Of a DNA stretch of 64,000 nt, positions 59,104 through 64,000 are shown one piece after another. Position 1 is the stretch's first letter, and each line of letters opens with the position of its first letter. Source of the DNA: an uncultured Eudoraea sp. (GTDB taxonomy: Bacteria > Bacteroidota > Bacteroidia > Flavobacteriales > Flavobacteriaceae); assembly GCF_947490415.1 (NCBI RefSeq), contig NZ_CANLGX010000003.1, forward strand, positions 391,821-455,820, read 5' to 3'. Below the pieces are notes generated by a model that saw only the letters and a list, made by a program, of their open reading frames with translations, did no database searches and had not been told where the DNA came from. The translations under genes and the position numbers were made by a program.

Positions 59104-59109
59104 GCTAGT

Positions 59110-60849
59110 TTATTTTAAACGAATATCTGAAACCGATGCCCCGGATGGGATCATTGGGAAAACATTATCTTCATTTTCAACGCTCACTTCCAGAAAGAAT
59201 GGCTCTTTTGATGCCATCATAGATTGCACAGCCGACTTAAGCTCCTTGCGTTCTTCTACCTTCTTTGCTTCAATACGATATCCTTCGGCTATTTTTACAA
59301 AGTCTGGGTTAGTCATTACAGTTGAAGCATATCTGCTTTCAAAGAATAATTCCTGCCACTGCCTTACCATGCCTAAGTGACCATTGTTTAAGACAACAAT
59401 TTTCACAGGGGTCTTATTCTGAAAAATGGTAGCTAATTCCTGAATTGTCATTTGGAAACCACCATCTCCAATGATAGCAACCACTTCCCTATCCATTGCT
59501 CCCATTTTGGCGCCTATAGCCGCCGGGAGTGCAAATCCCATGGTTCCCAAACCTCCTGAAGTAATATTACTTTTAGTTTGTTTGAACTTGGCATACCTAC
59601 ATGCTATCATTTGATGCTGACCTACATCGGTCACTATAACCGCTTTATTTTCTGAAGCCAGATTTATTTCCTTAATTACCTCCCCCATAGTAAGCCCGGG
59701 TTTGGTTGGGTAAAGATCATTTTTAATCACAGCTTCATATTCCTCTTCATAGCACTTTTTGAACTTATTATGCCACGCATCATGATTATTTTCTTTTATT
59801 AATGGCAGCAATAAATCAAGTGATTCTCTTGCATTACCTAAAATAGCCACATCTGCTTTCACGTTTTTATCGATCTCGGCAGGGTCTATTTCAAAGTGAA
59901 TGACTTTAGCTTGTTTTGCATAGGTCTCAAGACTTCCTGTAACCCTGTCATCAAAGCGCATTCCTATTGCTATAAGAACATCGCATTCATTGGTAAGAAC
60001 ATTTGGGCCGTAGTTTCCATGCATTCCAACCATTCCTACATTTAAAGGGTGATCTGTGTCCATGGCAGATAAACCCAAAATGGTCCATGCAGCCGGGATA
60101 CCGGCTTTTTCAACCAATGTGCGAAGCTGCTCCTCTGCTTTTCCAAGAATTACACCATGACCGAAAACTATATAAGGTTTTTTAGCATTATTAATTAGTT
60201 CCGCAGCAGATTCAATTTTTGCAATCTCAGGCTTTGGGCTGGGCTTGTAACTTCTCACTCCAATACAGCGACTGTAACTAAAATCAAACTCTTCAAATTG
60301 CGCGTTCTTTGTAATATCAATTAATACAGGACCTGGTCGACCCGATTTTGCTATAAAGAAGGCCTTTGCCATAATTTCAGGAATCTCAGAAGCTTTTGTA
60401 ATCTGATAATTCCATTTGGTAACCGGGGTAGATATTCCAATTATATCTGTTTCCTGAAATGCATCGGACCCAAGCAGATGCCTAGGCACTTGGCCTGTAA
60501 TGCAAATCATTGGAGTAGAATCTATCTGCGCATCTGCAAGACCCGTAACTAAATTTGTTGCTCCGGGGCCAGAAGTTGCTATTGCAACACCCACTTTTCC
60601 TGTAACACGGGCAAAACCCTGTGCTGCATGCGTAGCCCCTTGTTCGTGCCGGGTAAGCACATGGTGAAGTCTATCCTGAAACTTATATAACTCATCATAT
60701 ACAGGCATAATAGCACCACCCGGATAACCATATATCAAATTCACATCTTCTGCGAGAAGACAATGGATAATTGCTTCAGCACCGCTAATTCTAATCGAAG
60801 CCTCATTGTGCGTCTTCGGTTTTTTTTCCTTTAATGTTTGCATACGCAT
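59110..60849 (-). CDS. ilvB: Acetolactate synthase large subunit (biosynthetic type)
   Basis: 'YPGGAIMPVYD' is present, and the TPP motif is 'IIGDGGFQM...VVLNNGHLGMV'. Confidence 0.95.
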   Translation of the reverse strand: MRMQTLKEKKPKTHNEASIRISGAEAIIHCLLAEDVNLIYGYPGGAIMPVYDELYKFQDRLHHVLTRHEQGATHAAQGFARVTGKVGVAIATSGPGATNLVTGLADAQIDSTPMICITGQVPRHLLGSDAFQETDIIGISTPVTKWNYQITKASEIPEIMAKAFFIAKSGRPGPVLIDITKNAQFEEFDFSYSRCIGVRSYKPSPKPEIAKIESAAELINNAKKPYIVFGHGVILGKAEEQLRTLVEKAGIPAAWTILGLSAMDTDHPLNVGMVGMHGNYGPNVLTNECDVLIAIGMRFDDRVTGSLETYAKQAKVIHFEIDPAEIDKNVKADVAILGNARESLDLLLPLIKENNHDAWHNKFKKCYEEEYEAVIKNDLYPTKPGLTMGEVIKEINLASENKAVIVTDVGQHQMIACRYAKFKQTKSNITSGGLGTMGFALPAAIGAKMGAMDREVVAIIGDGGFQMTIQELATIFQNKTPVKIVVLNNGHLGMVRQWQELFFESRYASTVMTNPDFVKIAEGYRIEAKKVEERKELKSAVQSMMASKEPFFLEVSVENEDNVFPMIPSGASVSDIRLK

Positions 60850-60910
60850 TATCTTTTATTAAATGCTATAATTTTATTAGCCTTCTCTTTATAAAAATTG
60901 GTTTGACAAC

Positions 60911-62587
60911 TTAAAACTCATCAGTTACACAACCCAGGGAGGCCGATGAAACTGTTTTCGCATATTTATATAAGCTCCCCTTATTAACTTTAAGTGCCGG
61001 TTGTACCCATTTTGACTTTCTTTCACTAATTTCTTTATCTGTTAAATTTACTGAAATACTATTTTTTTCCGCATCAATGGTAATAATATCACCATCTTCC
61101 AACAAAGCAATGGTACCACCATCCTGAGCCTCAGGTGAAATATGGCCCACTACAAAACCATGGGTTCCACCTGAAAAACGGCCGTCGGTTATCAATGCAA
61201 CTTCTTTTCCAAGTCCAGCTCCCATAATTGCGGCAGTTGGCTTCAACATTTCCGGCATGCCTGGGCCCCCTTTAGGTCCTTCATACCTTATAACCACCAC
61301 GTCTCCTTTTTTCACCAATCCTTTTCCTATTCCATCATTTGCCTTAAACTCATCATCAAAAACTTTTGCCGGACCTGTAAAATAAAGTCCTTCTTTACCT
61401 GTAATTTTGGCTACGGCTCCATCTTTTGCCAAATTCCCATAAAGAATACGTAAGTGCCCCGTTTCCTTGATTGGATCTTGTAGCGATTTAACTACCTTCT
61501 GACCCGGTTTCAAACCTGGTAAATCTGCTAAATTCTCAGCAATTGTTTTACCTGTAACCGTTAAGCAGTCGCCATGCAGCATTCCATTTTCAAGCATAAA
61601 TTTCATTACGGCAGGAGTACCTCCCACACGATGAATATCTTCCATCAAATATTTTCCACTAGGCTTTAAGTCGGCCAGAAAAGGAGTGGTATCACTTATT
61701 TTTTGAAAATCATCCAATGTAAAATCAATTTCCGCAGCTTTCGCAATTGCCAGAAAATGCAATACCGCATTTGTGGAACCTCCCATAACTGTTATTAACC
61801 GAATTGCATTTTCAAATGACTTTCGTGTAATTATATCACTCGGTTTAATATCGTGCTCTATTAAATGCCACAATGCCTTGCCTGAATTAATACAATCCTG
61901 ATGTTTTTCCTTGCCAATGGCAGGATTCGAAGAGTTATAGGGTAATGCCATACCTAAAGCTTCTATTGCCGAGGCCATAGTATTAGCAGTGTACATACCA
62001 CCACAGGCACCTGCCCCGGGACAGGCATTTTGAATGACACTTTTAAAATCCTTATCATTCATAGTCCCGGCAACTTTCTCTCCCCAGGCTTCAAATGCAG
62101 AAACAATATCGAGTTTTTTATCCTTAAAACAACCTGAAGCGATGGTACCTCCATAAACCAAAATAGAAGGTCTGTCTAAGCGGATCATGGCCATCAAGGC
62201 CCCCGGCATATTTTTATCACAACCGACAACAGTTGCCAGGCCATCATAATTCATTGCCTGAACTACTGTTTCCATTGAATCGGCTATAATATCTCTTGAG
62301 GGTAATGAATATCGCATTCCGTATGTTCCCATAGAAATTCCATCACTAACTCCAATAGTATTAAATACAAGTCCTACTAAATTGTTTTGTTGAACTCCTT
62401 GCTTTACTTCCTGTGCAAGATCATTCAAATGCATATTACATGGATTTCCCTCATAGCCGGTACTCCCAATTCCAATAAAAGGTTTTTTTAAATCCTCCTC
62501 ATTTAATCCAAGCGCATATAACATAGCCTGGGCAGCAGGTTGAGTTGGATCTTGTGTTACATTTTTACTGTATTTGTTCAATTCCAT
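60911..62587 (-). CDS. ilvD: Dihydroxy-acid dehydratase
   Basis: 'GCDKNMPG', '[21 protein letters not shown]' and the Cys ligand 'NPCNMH' are present. Confidence 0.96.
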   Translation of the reverse strand: MELNKYSKNVTQDPTQPAAQAMLYALGLNEEDLKKPFIGIGSTGYEGNPCNMHLNDLAQEVKQGVQQNNLVGLVFNTIGVSDGISMGTYGMRYSLPSRDIIADSMETVVQAMNYDGLATVVGCDKNMPGALMAMIRLDRPSILVYGGTIASGCFKDKKLDIVSAFEAWGEKVAGTMNDKDFKSVIQNACPGAGACGGMYTANTMASAIEALGMALPYNSSNPAIGKEKHQDCINSGKALWHLIEHDIKPSDIITRKSFENAIRLITVMGGSTNAVLHFLAIAKAAEIDFTLDDFQKISDTTPFLADLKPSGKYLMEDIHRVGGTPAVMKFMLENGMLHGDCLTVTGKTIAENLADLPGLKPGQKVVKSLQDPIKETGHLRILYGNLAKDGAVAKITGKEGLYFTGPAKVFDDEFKANDGIGKGLVKKGDVVVIRYEGPKGGPGMPEMLKPTAAIMGAGLGKEVALITDGRFSGGTHGFVVGHISPEAQDGGTIALLEDGDIITIDAEKNSISVNLTDKEISERKSKWVQPALKVNKGSLYKYAKTVSSASLGCVTDEF

Positions 62588-62635
62588 TAAAAAGGTTCTC
62601 GTTAATTAGATATAGCTCTTAATTGCTATAGCATT

Positions 62636-62643
62636 CAAAGATA
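62636..62643 (-). promoter_or_regulatory. -7 promoter box TATCTTTG (minus strand) upstream of ilvD
   Basis: The plus strand reads CAAAGATA, about 50 nt upstream of the ilvD ATG. Confidence 0.35.
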
Positions 62644-62877
62644 ATTGTTTAAAAAAGTTGATGATTTTAACAATTAATACTGGTTCAAATTCAATAAAAC
62701 ATTTATTTGATTAGTTCATTGATTTTCAAATATATAAGGACCCTACATATCCCATATTCAATAAATGATGAAGTATGCCAAATACGTTATTTTTAGATTA
62801 GATTTTATGTCCGTACAAATATTTGTTTGTAAAAATGTATAATCCTTTCTTTGCGGTATGAGATATAATACATACTT

Positions 62878-63612
62878 ATGGTAGTAGAAAAAACAGTCAC
62901 TGAAGCTATAACCTACAGAAGGTCAGTACGAATTTATAAACAAGAAGAAGAAATTGATACCAAGGTCGTAAGGAAATGCCTTGAAAATGCAGTTTTGGCG
63001 CCTACAAGTAGTAATTTACAATTATGGGAATTTTATCATATTACTAGTAAAGCTGTCCAAAAGAAGATAAGTGCTGCATGTTTTGACCAACCTGCTGCCA
63101 AAACAGCCAATCAATTGGTCGTAATTGTCGCAAGAAAGAATCTTTGGAATAAAAGAGCAAAAGCGAATCTTAATTTTTTAAAGAAAAGTTTTGGCGATAA
63201 ACCGGTAGAAGCATACGACAGCAGGGAAAAATTTGCCATATCTTATTACAAAAAGATTATACCTTCTTTATATATTGACTTTTTAGGTATTTTAGGATGG
63301 ATACGCTTTTTAGCTTTCAACCTTTTAGGATTCTTCAAACCTGTTTACAGACAGCTTCGAAACTCTGATATGCGAATTGTTGCCCATAAAAGTGCCGCAT
63401 TGGCCGCACAGAACTTTATGATCTCTATGGCCGCTGTTGGTTATGACACTTGTCCTATGGAAGGATCAGATACCTTGCGCATAAAAAGAATTTTAGATTT
63501 ACCAAGAGGTAGTGAAATCAATATGGTGGTTGCATGTGGCCTACGAGATTCGAAAGGTATATATGGTTCACGCTTCCGGATTCCTTTTCAAGAAGTGTAT
63601 AAAGAAATTTAG
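62878..63612 (+). CDS. Nitroreductase family protein
   Basis: 'AITYRRSVRIY' and 'APTSSNLQLWEF' are typical of the family N-terminus. Confidence 0.8.
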   Translation: MVVEKTVTEAITYRRSVRIYKQEEEIDTKVVRKCLENAVLAPTSSNLQLWEFYHITSKAVQKKISAACFDQPAAKTANQLVVIVARKNLWNKRAKANLNFLKKSFGDKPVEAYDSREKFAISYYKKIIPSLYIDFLGILGWIRFLAFNLLGFFKPVYRQLRNSDMRIVAHKSAALAAQNFMISMAAVGYDTCPMEGSDTLRIKRILDLPRGSEINMVVACGLRDSKGIYGSRFRIPFQEVYKEI

Positions 63613-64000
63613 TGTCTTAAAGGGTGAAGAGAAATTTTATCGCCAAATTTCTTTTGCGATAAAAGCGCTATTGATTTAGTATCCAATTGAAGAACCCGGG
63701 GATATCCGCCGGTTGTTTGCCCATCACGCATCAGTATGATTAATTTTCCGGCAGGAGTCAATTGAACAGTTCCAGGCAGGGTTGCAGAAGTTAGCATCCT
63801 GTGAGAATTTGCGCCTATCAATTCTTCAAGCTGATATGCCATCCGATTATTTTCCTTGGCAATGGTAAACTTATTAGTAAATAATAACTTTAATTGATCT
63901 TCATTTAATATACTATATTCAGGACCTTTAAAAACAATCAATTCATGTTCCTTATGCCAGGCTTCCGGTTTTATATGACTTATTTTTGGAGAATATTTTG
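63609..64000 (-). CDS. pxpC: 5-oxoprolinase subunit C / biotin-dependent carboxyltransferase family (allophanate hydrolase subunit 2-like), C-terminal part only
   Basis: 'RDGQTTGGYPRV' is present. The reading frame stays open from 63941 to the window edge, so the track's TTG start is internal. Confidence 0.75.
   Translation of the reverse strand, partial: KYSPKISHIKPEAWHKEHELIVFKGPEYSILNEDQLKLLFTNKFTIAKENNRMAYQLEELIGANSHRMLTSATLPGTVQLTPAGKLIILMRDGQTTGGYPRVLQLDTKSIALLSQKKFGDKISLHPLRH

Noticed and set aside
1-64000. About 55 short ORFs in the track (60-164 aa) lie inside or antisense to longer genes. Examples are 1410..1640(-), 3845..4069(+), 9273..9530(+), 23818..24168(-), 25277..25771(-), 30785..31138(-), 38677..38955(+), 53389..53721(-) and 59081..59380(+).
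   Set aside because: Each is fully overlapped by a gene with strong family motifs. Their translations are low-complexity or Ser/Leu/Phe-rich shadow-frame products, and I could recognise no motif in them. I treat them as non-coding.
1-64000. I searched for rRNA, tRNA, CRISPR arrays, IS elements or transposases, integrases and prophage or defence-island content.
   Set aside because: No long direct-repeat/spacer arrays, no tRNA-like T-loop/acceptor patterns in the intergenic regions over 100 bp, and no transposase, integrase or phage-like ORFs were seen. The window looks like core chromosome.

Overview
This AT-rich 64-kb segment looks like chromosome from a Bacteroidota, Flavobacteriaceae-like genome. 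Supporting signs are TAnnTTTG-type -7 promoter boxes, no obvious Shine-Dalgarno sequences, many lipoprotein or signal-peptide starts, a fused E1 alpha/beta dehydrogenase, LVIVD and DUF2911 proteins. I call about 50 protein genes, nearly all housekeeping. DNA repair and replication: mutS2 (5' partial), uvrA, a UvrD/PcrA-like helicase, recG, holA. Envelope: LpxH-like, LpxL-like, glmM, OmpA-like, a GT2 glycosyltransferase. Amino-acid biosynthesis: aroC, plus a convergent leuCDAB / ilvD-ilvB-ilvN-ilvC supercluster. Peptidases: ggt, an M1 aminopeptidase, an M20 amidohydrolase. I saw no rRNA, tRNA, CRISPR array, transposase, integrase or phage genes, so this is core chromosome rather than an island and I cannot point to a clear new system. 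Three loci deserve a second look. (1) A tightly coupled four-gene minus-strand operon (2418-6780): acidic-amino-acid symporter, GshB-type ATP-grasp ligase, N-formylglutamate-amidohydrolase-family protein, and a DUF1704/QEGLA metalloprotease with an HExxxH motif. No function is assigned to it, and it reads like a ligase/carboxypeptidase cycle. (2) An array of 17-bp palindromic operator-like sites (21902-21977). It lies between an XRE-HTH/S24 self-cleaving repressor (a LexA-like candidate) and a 59-aa sORF plus an orphan TIGR03915/DUF4130 putative DNA-repair gene. The usual radical-SAM partner of that gene is absent, and uvrA lies just downstream. (3) A 945-aa secreted M1-peptidase-like protein in which both zinc-binding His of HEXXH are replaced by Phe, making it a likely pseudoenzyme. 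All family assignments rest on motifs read by eye and were not checked against databases.
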